This document shows positions 12,871 through 24,759 of a stretch of 64,000 bases of DNA, piece after piece. Position 1 is the first letter of the stretch, and each line of letters begins with the position of its first letter. This DNA is from Sphagnum compactum (Eukaryota). The translations under genes and the position numbers were made by a program. The stretch is from NCBI GenBank assembly GCA_965153455.1, contig OZ234493.1:248001-312000 (forward strand). Direction: 5' to 3'. The notes under the pieces were generated by a model. The model ran no database searches and was not told where the DNA came from. It saw only the letters and a program-made list of their open reading frames with translations.

Positions 12871-13090
12871 TGGGTTTAGGGTTTAGGGGTTTAGGGTTTA
12901 GGGTTAAAGGAAAAAAAAGGGAAAAAAAAAGAAAAAAAGACAAAAAAGAAAAACAGCTTCTTAGAAGGGGGCCTGAGACAAGAAAAGGGGTAAAAGTGAG
13001 AGGACAAAAACAGCAAGAGTCCAGAGGTTAAGTGTGAACAACGAGAGGCCAATAATGAGAAGATAACACACTCATATGATGACACGTGGC
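12871..13090. promoter_or_regulatory. Probable divergent promoter: tandem TTTAGGG/telo-boxes (12871-12905) and a G-box/ABRE GACACGTGGC (13081-13090)
   Basis: Motifs are seen directly. The region lies between the F-box gene (-) and the orphan locus (+), with CT/GA-rich tracts on both sides. Confidence 0.5.
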
Positions 13091-13699
13091 TTGGTCGCTG
13101 GTCAGGAACGGCTGCGCTCTGCAAGAGCTACGGCGATGGCGATGTTGAGCTCTCTTGCGTTTCTCTCTGCAATCTGGTTTCCTTGATCATGCGCAGAGAA
13201 TTTCTCCACTCTCTCTCTCAAACACACACTTAGAGAGAAATATTTGGAGAGAAGAAGTTTTCCTTTCCTCGACGAATTTTTTGCCACGTAGATCGGTTCA
13301 GTAGCGACGAAGGTAGAGAGAGATGGAGCTCTGGTTTCCAGGATCCAGGACTCGTGCTTTTCGCTGCTCTCGGTTGTGCACTCGTCTTCCTGGTTTTCTT
13401 CGTACGAATTTTGCTTCCTGGCTACGCATTTCAATCAGAATTGAGTGTATCTTTGGAGCAGCGAGCAGATCGGGTTCAAAAGAGCGAGGGAGGGAGGGAG
13501 GAAGAGGAGAGCAGGAGGAGGAATTGAATACCAGTTTTCTTTTGTTCTTATTGCTTGTTGTTGGAATGGCGTCGTTGTTGCTGCGCGATGCTTACCTTTG
13601 CGCGAAATCTTTTAGCAAGTTCAAGCGGAGGGAAAGATGGCGAGAACCTGACCGACTTTGCGACGTTGAAGATTGGAGCGAGTTAGCAAGCAAGCAAGA

Positions 13700-14175
13700 A
13701 AGTAAGCACTACATCGTCATGCATGGATCCATGGCGCACGCATGCTCTAGTTGTTACGATCAGTGGCTTGCAATAGCACCAACGATTGTCCTGCTTTTCT
13801 TGAAGGGCGACTCAGCAAGCAACAAAACTGTTCTTCCCTCTGTAGCGCTTGCTTGCAGCTGTTCTTTCCGCTGTTTTCTTGCAGATCTGTTACAAGCAAG
13901 CAATGTAGCACTTGTTTGCAGCTGTTCTTTCCGCTATTTTCTTGCAGATCTGTTGCAAGCAGGCAAAGCGCTACATCTTCATGGATGGATCCATGGCGCA
14001 TACATGTATTCTCTTATGGACTCTTCCAACCTTGAGCGAGTCAGCAAGCAACAAAACCGTTCTTTCCTCTGTAGCGCTTGCTTGCAGTTCTGTTCTTTCC
14101 GCTGTTTTCTTGCAGATCTGTTGCAAACAAAGCAAGCAAATGCACACTACATCATCATGCATGGATCCATGGCAA
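13700..14175. repeat. Interleaved direct repeats: three copies of CTTGCAGCTGTTCTTTCCGCTGTTTTCTTGCAGATCTGTT-like units and three copies of the palindrome CATGGATCCATG
   Basis: Unit copies near 13853, 13916 and 14081. Palindromes near 13721, 13985 and 14160 (the middle copy has one mismatch). Confidence 0.75.
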
Positions 14176-15578
14176 GTACATCTATGCTCAAGATTGACGC
14201 TTCATTCTCTCACTTGATTCTCTCTTGACTCTTGACGCTTGATTCTGTCTCCGACGTCGATCCGCTTCACCTTCCTCCCATGCAATTCAAAATTCCTATC
14301 GCAGAGTTTTCAAACTACAACGACTACAAGAGCGATGATGATGCGACTAGTCACCGCCGCTGCCGCTCAAGACTCTCCGATTCATTGCGCTGCTGCAACG
14401 GCTGCCTGTGCATCATCAAACAATGTTTCTTTGAACGCTCGGTTTCCAGTCTCACCTCGTCAAGCACATGAGACTTGGAAACGGCCGGTCGTCGACAGCT
14501 TACAGGCAACGCCTCGTCTCCTCTTAAGCGCTGAATCTCGTGTCTATTCTGCAAGTTTTTCTCATCATCTTTCTCTCGAGCTCATTCTCTCCCTGTCTAT
14601 CGCCTTGTAGTGTTCCTGCAAATTGTTGTTTCCGAGTGTTTTCTCGCACACTGCCTCCTCCCCGTTGCTGCAGACATGTTGTACTTGCTGCTGGTAGATT
14701 GGAAGCTCTGATCATCGACCATTGTAGTAGTGTTGTCCCTGCTTTTGTTTGCTCTGCCAGTGCATATCTTCAAAGCTTTCTCAGAGTTCAACAACACAAC
14801 CAAAGATCAATTCTGTGTTTTTGTAGCACAGTTTTCGTGGTGGTGGTGCGCTCTGTCTGTCTGCTGAATTGGGTGTAAAGAAATGATGAGGAATTCACAG
14901 CGTCTGCCATCGCCATTGCTTCTGTGATCATTGCTTGATGTCAAGTACAAGCCAAATTGACAGCAACCGATCAGCAGCGGACATTTTTTGTTTCATAAGA
15001 TCTGTGCAGATTTTGTCTTGCCCAGAATTTGCTGCTTTGTTCTGGCTTAGTTTCAATTTGCTTTTTGTTGCAGTTACCAGAACAGAGGGCACAGCCCTTG
15101 ATTTTCTTCTCATTACTGCTTTGCTCAAAATGTAAAAGATTAGTTTCAGATGTATAACCTGATGCTGCTGAAATCTGTGCTACATGGGAAGTGCAGCAGC
15201 AATCATCACAAACTGCAAGAATTTGTTTGATTTTTCCTCAGAATCATCAACATCTCCAGCTCTCTCTGTCTCTGCAGTTTCATTCAAGTAAGCATGTGCA
15301 TTGCAATTCCTGTTCAGATTTGATGAATGCAGAACTCATAAGGAACTGGGGATATATGAAGTTTTCAGAGAATTGCAATTTCTGCTTTCATGTGTTTACT
15401 TTTGCTATTGAATTGCAATGTCTGCTCTCATGTCTTTACTTTTGCAATTGAAATGCAAATCATTGCTACCGATCATGAAGTTTGTAGACTGTACTTGTAT
15501 GCCAGAAGATTCAGATGTTGTGTTTTGCATGTGTGTAATTTGTGCCTGCAGCTTCTCTAGACTTGCAAGGTCCCATGA

Positions 15579-18500
15579 ATGAACCTTCAGATCATAGCGC
15601 AATCTTCTGCAGAGAGTGAATCGACTGGACGACTACTACTTTCAAAGCTCGGGGCTGAGAACAATAGTGAATACAGTGCTTGTGGATCAACCACCACGGA
15701 GGATTTGCCTTACAGTGTGGATCATCATCATCATCGTCATCAGGCCATGTCTGAAGCAGCCACTCCTCGTCTTCTTCCCACTGCAACCATCCCAACTGCG
15801 ATAATGTCCAACAATCTGGTCAGCAAGACTAAAAACACACATGCCCAACCTCGTGTTGGCAATCAGGCAAAGAGTATGGAACCACCTGCTCAAGAGGCTA
15901 GTAATAATACACCTGCCCATTTGGAGTTTGATGAAGGAAGGAAAGAGATTCGTGCCATTGTGAGCAAGTTGAGCGAGCTTGGCATTCTAAGACATTCTGC
16001 AGGAGGATTGAAAGCAACCGAAGCTGAACTGGCTAATACCCAGAGCTCATACTATTTGTTGCCACCATTGCCAGCTCACATGGCAAAACTGCTCTGTACA
16101 AAATCAACCCACAAGAAGACAGAAACACAGAACTCTGTTGTGGCTGTGAATCATTCAAGCAAAGAGAAGCAGGATGCCCTGGCACCTGATAATGCCATGG
16201 AGAAAGGAGTCTTGTCTTCACAGGCAGCTGTTGCAGACACAGCTAGAAATGAGGCTCCTGGAGCAATGCTGGAGCCCAAGTCACAACTCCTTACTGAGAT
16301 GCTGCGAAATGGTGAGGAGTCTCAACTGTCCACTTCAGGCGATAATCTCACAGCTGCAGCTAATGAGCTTGGGATCAAGAGAGCAGCTTCACAGGCTGCA
16401 GATCAGGCAGGTGAACAGAATCTTCTGCAAGGCCAGGCAGGAGTCATGAATGAGAACCTCCAGTGCACAGAGGACAAATCCTCCAAGAATTTACGGGATA
16501 TCATCAAACCTTGTAGCAGCAATGTGATGAAGGAGCCAACGATAGCATCTGGACCACAGTACAGAAAACCACCACGGGAGGATCCAATGCGCATCGACAA
16601 CCAGGGAGAGGTAACTACACAAATCATTGAGCTGGTAAATGAACCAGATGTCAAAACTGATCAGGAAAAACGAGAGATTGTTGATGATGGTTCTTCCTGT
16701 AAACCAGTTGGAATTCCAGCATACATGGCTGAGGAGGGAGAAATCGTTGAGGATGGTGTTTTGATGAAAGCAGCAGGGGAAACTGCAATTCTGAAGCATG
16801 GGTTGGTGTCAGAAGAAAGTGTGCGAAGAACCAGTGGTGGTGCCACCATCAAGAATGTGTCAAAAGATGGTTCTGACACCAATCCTCCAAGACCACTTGC
16901 TGCTGTGGGCAAGGATGATACCTTGATAACAGCAGCAATGCTGCCTCCTCAGATCATGGCTGGAAAGCAGCATGGAGATCATCAATCCAGTGAACATGCA
17001 GTAGTGGAACATCACAAGCTGATGCTGCCACATTACCCACATCACGCCGGATTGGAAACTGAGAACAGGTATACTGTCAAGCAGTTGCTGCTACCACAAG
17101 CAGCAGCTTCAGGAGGTTATCATCAGCCTTGCGAGATGTTCAAACATGCACAGCAACAGCGATCAGGAGTCCTGCAGACACTATATGACAGTCATGAGAC
17201 AATGTCACATCAGGCTGCTGCTGCTGCAGAGGAGCTCTGGAGGCTGCATTTGTACAACCAACGACGGCAGCAGCAGTTTGCACCACCCCTGACTTCATGC
17301 AATCATCAGCTTCCTGCTGCTGCTGCAAGCCAGCCACAATCCTCCTCTTCTTCTGATGCCGCCAGGTGTGGTAATCCTAAAACAAACGTGGGTTGTGATA
17401 CATCACCTGAGAAAGAAGCTCTTGTTGCAGCAGATGCAAGCCGACCCACAGCAGCAGCAGGCTGCACAGCAGAGAACAACAATGCGGTGGCTTCAGAAGA
17501 CTCACGTCCGCTTCTGCCTGACCCAGCTTACGCCACACACGCTGCTGCTGTAGCGGCAGTTGCTCATATTCCTAATCTGCCGGAATACTGGCTACAATAC
17601 CAGCGTCGCTTCCTAAAAACCCAACAAGCTGATGTTGCTCGTGATGATGGAGCTGCAGCATCCCATCTGCAACCACATCTAGCAAGCTCCGATCGGAGCT
17701 CGGATGGTGTACAGAGTAGGAAAGCTGAGAATCTAGCAGACCCGTCTGGCCGATTGCCGCTTCTCCAATGGCCTCACCGTCTACTCCCATCCAACAACAA
17801 GCCGCTGTTCAGTCCTCGACCTCATCTACAGCAGCATCGTGCTTCTTCACAGTCAAGCTCTTCACAGCAGCCTTGGCTGCAAGGAGGAACACATCATCGT
17901 CGAGGCGGCACCTCCTCCTCCTCGACCCGGATCCCCGGAGGACCTCATCATTTCAGTAACAACACACATGGGGTTCAACAGCCGACGTCGAGAGGAGGGC
18001 AGCAAGTGCATCGCAAGCCGGGGGTGACGAGGGCGCCAGGAGGAGTGACGAGGCCGCAATTCCCTCGCCAGCTGCTGCTGCAAGAGCATCATCATCATCG
18101 CGGTGTTCTGGGATATCCCACCCATTTGTTCCACCAGGCACTTCTGCAGCAGATGATTGCTCTTCAGGCAGCTGATGCTCATCAGACTACTGCTGCTGCC
18201 GTTGGGTGTCCAAGACACTGGCGTCGAATCAAGAGAGACTTCACAGCTCGGGGGGATTCTTCTTCTTCTTCCTCTGCTCCTCCTTACCAGCCACAACAAG
18301 TCTGGCAGCAGCAGCACGGTGGCCAGAGCAGACGATCACAGAGTAGTACTAATGTCTACACGTACCGCTCTCAGAATAGCAACAATTCTGGATGGGATCA
18401 GACAACAGCCAGACACGACCATGAAGAGAAGGAGCAGCGAGTTGCAGCTAATTCTTCTTACAGCAGCAACGAGAGTGCACAGCAGCAGCAGCAATTCGAG

Positions 18501-18737
18501 AAGGATCAACAGATCAATCAGCAACCAGCTGCTGCTGCTGCATCGCAACCCATCATGCAGCACCACACTCTAAGATTTCCTCCAAACATGAAGTGGCAAC
18601 GGGTAGCCAATGACCGCAACTCCTTGCAGACTCTCGTGAAGACTCCAGGCAACATTCCTGATGAAGAAACCTTGCAGAGCAAGCACATTGCGACAGCCTG
18701 GTATGTACTATCTATCCCGATTCCACAGGTTTCTTAG
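15579..18737 (+). CDS. Large orphan exon/ORF (1052 aa), predicted disordered, rich in Q/A/S/H; no recognisable domain; probably part of a spliced gene
   Basis: 3.1-kb open frame with natural composition. Possible acceptors near 15551 and 15590-15612, and a good donor (TG|GTATGT) at about 18700. Confidence 0.7.
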   Translation: MNLQIIAQSSAESESTGRLLLSKLGAENNSEYSACGSTTTEDLPYSVDHHHHRHQAMSEAATPRLLPTATIPTAIMSNNLVSKTKNTHAQPRVGNQAKSMEPPAQEASNNTPAHLEFDEGRKEIRAIVSKLSELGILRHSAGGLKATEAELANTQSSYYLLPPLPAHMAKLLCTKSTHKKTETQNSVVAVNHSSKEKQDALAPDNAMEKGVLSSQAAVADTARNEAPGAMLEPKSQLLTEMLRNGEESQLSTSGDNLTAAANELGIKRAASQAADQAGEQNLLQGQAGVMNENLQCTEDKSSKNLRDIIKPCSSNVMKEPTIASGPQYRKPPREDPMRIDNQGEVTTQIIELVNEPDVKTDQEKREIVDDGSSCKPVGIPAYMAEEGEIVEDGVLMKAAGETAILKHGLVSEESVRRTSGGATIKNVSKDGSDTNPPRPLAAVGKDDTLITAAMLPPQIMAGKQHGDHQSSEHAVVEHHKLMLPHYPHHAGLETENRYTVKQLLLPQAAASGGYHQPCEMFKHAQQQRSGVLQTLYDSHETMSHQAAAAAEELWRLHLYNQRRQQQFAPPLTSCNHQLPAAAASQPQSSSSSDAARCGNPKTNVGCDTSPEKEALVAADASRPTAAAGCTAENNNAVASEDSRPLLPDPAYATHAAAVAAVAHIPNLPEYWLQYQRRFLKTQQADVARDDGAAASHLQPHLASSDRSSDGVQSRKAENLADPSGRLPLLQWPHRLLPSNNKPLFSPRPHLQQHRASSQSSSSQQPWLQGGTHHRRGGTSSSSTRIPGGPHHFSNNTHGVQQPTSRGGQQVHRKPGVTRAPGGVTRPQFPRQLLLQEHHHHRGVLGYPTHLFHQALLQQMIALQAADAHQTTAAAVGCPRHWRRIKRDFTARGDSSSSSSAPPYQPQQVWQQQHGGQSRRSQSSTNVYTYRSQNSNNSGWDQTTARHDHEEKEQRVAANSSYSSNESAQQQQQFEKDQQINQQPAAAAASQPIMQHHTLRFPPNMKWQRVANDRNSLQTLVKTPGNIPDEETLQSKHIATAWYVLSIPIPQVS

Positions 18738-20973
18738 GGTTTAAGGTTTAGGTTCCACGGACAGACTAATGTTCAGGGTAATGCAAACGTGAGAAAGACC
18801 AACAGATCAATCACCAACCCACTGCTGCATGTAGATCAGGGATTTACAGGTTCAGGCTGTTATCTATCCTGATTCCACAGGATTCTTGTGGATTTGAAGC
18901 ACAGCAAATGGTTTCTAAGTTTCTGCGTTTTGTTATGCTCTTAGACAGTTGAGTTTTGCAGCAGGATTGTGACAAGGGTTGGGATTTTGCTTGTGCACAT
19001 GCATGCATACATACATATATTGGGGTGTGGCGGTGGAGGGAGGGACTGCAGCAACTGTGAGCACTGCAGAGCCAAGAGCATGATGTCATTGGAAGCATCT
19101 CCACGGGAGGTTCTTGCAGTCTCGTGATTTTTTTCAAGCTGAGAGTGTGTACAGTGGTGTATCAGGTACTACTAATGTTTGCACTTTTTGTTGGCCATTG
19201 ATTTTGCATAGTAGATTTCTGTGTTGAGGCTTCCCTGGAAGCAAGAGGCTGCTGGGATTAGGACACCCCTCTATCTTGCAAATCAGGACTCAGTGCTCTG
19301 CTATAGATGATGATAACAGATTGTGAAATAAGGCTGATTCAGAAGGGCTCAAAAGGAAGTGCTCCGTGTTCATTGTGGCATCAATCTGAGGATGAAATCC
19401 ATGGCTGAAAGGTTTATATGTTTCAGGCACACATCAGGTCTTTTGGAAGATCACAACCAGAGTGAGTTACACATTGCTGCTGTCATCTGAATTTTCAGAA
19501 ATGTTGGTGCAGGTACTGTTGCAACTGAACACTCAGAGAAGCATTGAGTAATGGACAAGATGCCTGTTCATTAGAGATCTTCCTGCAGTGATTTTGCTTA
19601 ACAACATGTAGACTGTAGCAATAGAGACAAACTTCTTTGCCCCTTTCTCCAGAGAGGAACATCATCCCCGGCCCCCCGCCTTTCCCAGTCATGAAATTTT
19701 AGGGTGGGTTAGATTTCATGTAAGTAACAGTGCATTTTTTGGGGCAGTTCTTGCATGTTGAAAGTGTCGTATCCAGAGTAGGTGGCAGAGTTATGACTAG
19801 CAATGTTCAATCTCATTGCACACATACAACACACACACACAACCTAGTAGCTTTCATTCTTTGTTTCGAGTATTCTCCTCCCGCTTTTTAGCTCTCCAGA
19901 TCCAAGACAAAACCCCATTGTAGTTTTCTTTTCAACATTTGATGCTATATAATACCTTCCATTCAAGTTCTCTATTCCTGTTGACAGCTAGCTGCTGGCA
20001 CACCATTTATTTACTTTGTGCCACTTTGTTCACGCTTCATTCTCTCTCGTCATCCATTTTATCTATATCTTCTTTCCAGTTCATTCTCTTGCTGGCCATT
20101 TTATGTGTCTTCTTTGTGGTTCATTCTCTTGTCCCCCATTTCATCTATCTTGTGTGTGGTTCATTCCTCTCGACGCTTGACCCCCATTTCAACTATCTTC
20201 TTTGCAGTTCAAGCTCTTATGCTCCATTTTATCTATCTTCTTGGCAGTTCATTTTTCTTGCCCTCCATTCTATCTATCTTCTTTGCAGTTCGTTCTCTTG
20301 ACCTCCATTTTTTACAATCATATTTCTTCTGCTCTGATGATATATGTTAACAGCTTGCGATCATGATCCCGTATTTTTTTAATGTTTTCTTTCCCAGTCC
20401 AACATTTCTAGGATTAGCATTTTTAGTGTTTACAGTCTTAATTAGTGTTTACAGTTTACTTCATTTTGTATTATTATTCTTGGGAGTGAAGAGTCTTCTA
20501 TTGTTTAGAAGTAATCAAACAGCTGTTCAAGTTCAGAGGTATAGAAACAGTTTTTTGACTACAGCTCTGGAATTCCTAATTCCTTGTCCTCCTCCCGGTG
20601 TCATAAATCTGCAGCTCTCAGACATTTGATGATTTTTTGTTGCAGGATTTTTGACATAGAGCCATGCTGGGTGAGGTGTCTGTTAGGAAAATTTGGGGTG
20701 AGTAATACAAACCTCTCACGTTTCAATGAAATTAGAATCCGTGACAGATTTCTAACAAAAAAACTAACACTCGTTTTTAAACTTCTTTTTTGTTTTGGCT
20801 TTTGAAAGCTTTTTGTATATTTTTTACAGGAGTTGTTGGGAGAGATAGAAAGTATTCATTTAGCAAGAGTGTCAAGAAAGGATTTATTAATCTTTTGTTT
20901 TGGGCGGGGAGGGGGGGGCAGCTCTATCTTTTGAAAAGCTTTTTAGAGTAGAGAGTGAAGAGAACAAGATTTG

Positions 20974-21066
20974 GTTTGAAAGTACCGATGGTATTGTTGG
21001 CAGACAATGAGGTAGAACTCTTCTTTGGTTTGAATTTGTGCTTGCATGTGTGAGAGAGAGAGAGGG

Positions 21067-21110
<44 letters not shown>

Positions 21111-21343
21111 TGTGTGTGTGTGGTGGTGGTGTTGCTGCAACATGTGACTTGATGTACTTATGTTTGAAAGTACCGATCGTATTGTTGGCAGACAATGAGG
21201 TAGAACTCTTCTTTGGTTTGAATTTGTGCTTGCATGTGAGAGAGAGAGAGAGAGAGAGAGAGAGTGAGTGAGAGAGAGAGAGAGAGTGTGTGTGTGTGTG
21301 TGGTGGTGGTGGTGTTGGTGCAACATGTGATTTGATGTACTTA
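20974..21343. repeat. Tandem duplication (~185 bp x2) carrying a composite (GA)n(GT)n(GGT)n microsatellite
   Basis: TTTGAAAGTACCGAT...GCAGACAATGAGGTAGAACTC...GCATGTG occurs twice, each time followed by the microsatellite. Confidence 0.9.
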
Positions 21344-21799
21344 TGTACATTTGAATCAAATCTGTGCAACATTCCTGCCACAAAATCTTGACAATTTTGT
21401 GAAATCAATAAAATAAAAACAAAGGCAGGGTTAGTTCAAGGTGGAAACTTCTTGTTGTTCTTTGAGCTTTGCACAAAGAAAGTGGCGTAACATTGTAAGA
21501 TTTTGTTTCACAAGATCTTTGCTTCGCTTGCACAAAAATGTCATTTTGCATGTTGTGATAATTCTCTTCAATCCCCTTTTCTAACCAAATTGCAACTATG
21601 GCGTTGCACTTTTTGTTGAATTCCTTGGCACAACAATTTACAAAAATTCCCCGGCATTTCACCAAGAAACTGTGAAGGTGGTGGTGTGGTAAACAACTTG
21701 ATGAGATGTAGACAACCTTGTTGATGAATAAGTGCATAATTTTTGAACTTCATCTTCCAAAACCTCAACAAAGGATATAGAGACTTTCCATCACTCTTT

Positions 21800-22900
21800 T
21801 CACCAGAGAGAATCCTTTTGAATAGCCCTATCACGCAACATCTTGTCCACTCTCGAATGATTTTCCTCATATCTATCGAGATTCCCATTCCAATCCCCGA
21901 GAAGATACAAATTCTTCTTGCATGTGATTTATCACGCAACATCTTGTCCACTCTCGAATAATTCTCCTCCTCATATCTATGTCCAATAATTCCCATTCCA
22001 ATCCCCGAGAAGATACAAATTCTTCTTGCATGTGATTTATCGCAGTGCTCCTACCATATATTTGTTGCTAATCTCCTTGTGTTTTCCAATCCCAACAGGG
22101 CCTTTTGAGAACCAAACATGAGAGCCAACCTTCCATTTATTTACTCAATGGCATAAAGAAAAGAGGATGAAGTTCTCATCATCATCAGGACCTTAAACAG
22201 GTCTACGTGTACCATCATCAATTTTTGGAAGGTTTCAATGATGTCTTCCATTGGGCAATCCACAAGCTTCTTTAGATTTTGCACATCACAACAAATAACA
22301 TCACCCTTCTAATTTTTAGAAAGCCCAAGGCTATTTGGAAGCATTCTCCCATAACAATGTCAATGTTAAAAAAAAACTCCTTCCATAATAGCATGCATCT
22401 CCGCAACTATACAAACAAAGAAGTTCCGTGTGCAACAAACCACTAGGAGCAATAACTAGAATCTCTTCATCTAGAAGTGTCAAAATATCAGGATCTTTCA
22501 TTTGCTTCCCAAGTCTGATGGCAAATTCACACATCACGACCTCATCTCCATCGATCTTAGCCTTCTAATAGCAAACATGTTGAACTTTTCCTACAGTTTG
22601 CTTGTTTCAATTGATTTCGAATTACATATTCCCAGTATTAGTCATCCAATTGCATGCATCACAAACCAAAGTGATTGGGGTGGATACATACTACCATCTT
22701 CTTTATTCACTTCAAGGATCAACAAGGACAACATCTACACAAATCCTCAAATTTCCTCTTGCTTTGGCAAATCTTCCATAAACAAGCTAATATTGTAAGC
22801 TTTTTTTGCATGCCAATCATCAAAAGTCTTTCAAGCCCCCTTATCAACATGATAGCTCCTTTGATGTCCCACTTCATTAATTGGTGCATAGTTTTTTTAT
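21800..22900 (-). mobile_element. Decayed Crypton-like DUF3504 tyrosine-recombinase pseudogene
   Basis: Frameshifted motifs in the expected order: KTFDDWH...LLILEVNKEDGSMYPPQSL (~22670-22730), LGKQMKDPDILTLLDEEIL (~22455-22520), VWFSKGPVG (~22090-22115), ISNK..RSTAINHM (~22030-22070) and GMGIIGHRYEE (~21970-22000). Many stop codons. Confidence 0.7.
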
Positions 22901-23905
22901 TAAAGAAATGTTCGTGTGTCTCCATTTCAAAAAAAATAGATTTCCAACAATATTTTTTTTAGAGGTAAATTAAGAAACAAACCTCCATGAACATCATCCT
23001 CTTTGTTCCTCAACAATTCTAGTACAATGTAAACAACATCATGAATTGGAAAAAAACACGAAAAAAATAGTAACCATAAGGAACCATAAAAAAACAAAAA
23101 GCGAAAGTGAAAAACATGTTTACTTTATTCTTTTCACCAATGGCAAATAAGATTTTTTTTCAATTTGTAATATAAAAAGTTGGAAAATGTTCCCCCTAAA
23201 ACTAGAAAAAAAATCAAATTTACATTAAAATTTTGCTTTTAAAAAAATTCCCAATTTTAGGATAAAAACAATTGTCAAAAAATAAATGATAAACTTTATA
23301 TAAATCCCACATCACAAGCTTCCAACACCACAAAATTTCAATAGAATCTGAATAAAAATCATTAAAAATATGGGCTTCAAAGTGTAAAAATTGCACGAAT
23401 AACAAATATATTATTTATATGTAAATGATGTCTCTTTTCTAATATACGTTAATTTAACATTTGACTTATATATATATTTAAACTAAATTTGTGCAACTAT
23501 TATGATATAGTTTAGCATAAAATTATGCAATTTTTGTACAAAACTATGAAAATTAGATTTCACATAGAATTTGCGTGAACCTAGGAGGTTTAGTAAATTT
23601 GTTATGCAATGTTGGACAAATAATTGATTTATTTGAATATACTCATAGGTAAATTTATATGCATATGGCCATCATTCTCTTCTTCTTTTTATGGTTTCAT
23701 TAATATTTTCAAGGGATAGTAAACCCTAAAACCTATTATCAGATGTGGCAAACTTTCAAAAGCCCTAGTTGCCAATTGGCACATTTTTGTTTTCTAATAT
23801 CACCATTACTTTAAACAATCATTGTTTCATTTACCAAAACCATTTTGGTGCAACTAATTGTGTAGTAACAAAAGCTTTGAAGCTAATTTTGATTTATTTG
23901 TCTTA

Positions 23906-24119
23906 GAGTGCATTCACACCTAGTGTTCAATTATTGTTAAATGAAAATCTAGGTGACATCTTAGGTGGTACCCAATGTTAAATGAATGATTGTTTAATAT
24001 TAAATGAATGTTAACTTAACATAAAATCTTTGTGTTAAATAGGTTTAGGTTCTAAATGACTAGCTTGGTGTTAAAGGACTTAGTACTAGAGTTTTTAAAA
24101 CCAAGTGTGAATGCACCTC
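23906..24119. mobile_element. MITE, ~214 bp, with TIRs GAGTGCATTCACACCTAG / CCAAGTGTGAATGCACCTC and TA on both flanks
   Basis: Imperfect ~19-bp terminal inverted repeat, AT-rich interior, TTA on the left and TAA on the right. Confidence 0.7.
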
Positions 24120-24759
24120 TAATGTGGCGCAAGGCTATGGACGTAAGGTGATCTTGTAAGTTGCGAATTTAACAAATTTGCAATGTCATTTTCATTTGTT
24201 TCTAACTTTTAACTTTTTCCCCATTTACCCAATTTTTGTGGCATTTGTTATGAATCATGTGTTGTAATTGTAAATTGTAACATGTTACATCAACATTGCT
24301 TGTAGCTTGCATGTTTTGTGTGTGTTAGCCACTTACGCCATGGCCTGTTGATGCTTCAATTCTAATGCATAGTGCATAATGCACATTACTCTTTCTTATT
24401 GCACATTATTGCTCACATTCTTTTATTGTTGCTAAGTTATTGTTGTAACACACTATATCTTTTGTTGCTACACATTGCTTTCTTTTGCTAATGTTATGCA
24501 TTGTTCTTTCTTGTTGTTACAAAGCACTGCTCTTTCTTGCTACTACTACATGTTATTCTCTTTTGTTAGTATGCATAATTCTCTTGTCTGTAATTGTTGC
24601 ATAGTTCAATGATCAAGCCACCTTTGGTGCCTCTTCAAAACTTCAGATTTCATAGTTTTTTTCCTCAAGTGGAGTCAACAAATGGCAATGTAACATCTTC
24701 TAACCACTACACCCCACCTTAGATTCTCTTTATGAACCTCCTTTTGAGGCTAACCTTTG

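Noticed and set aside
12871-12905. Telomere or interstitial telomeric array
   Set aside because: Only 4-5 imperfect units in a promoter position, so better read as telo-boxes.
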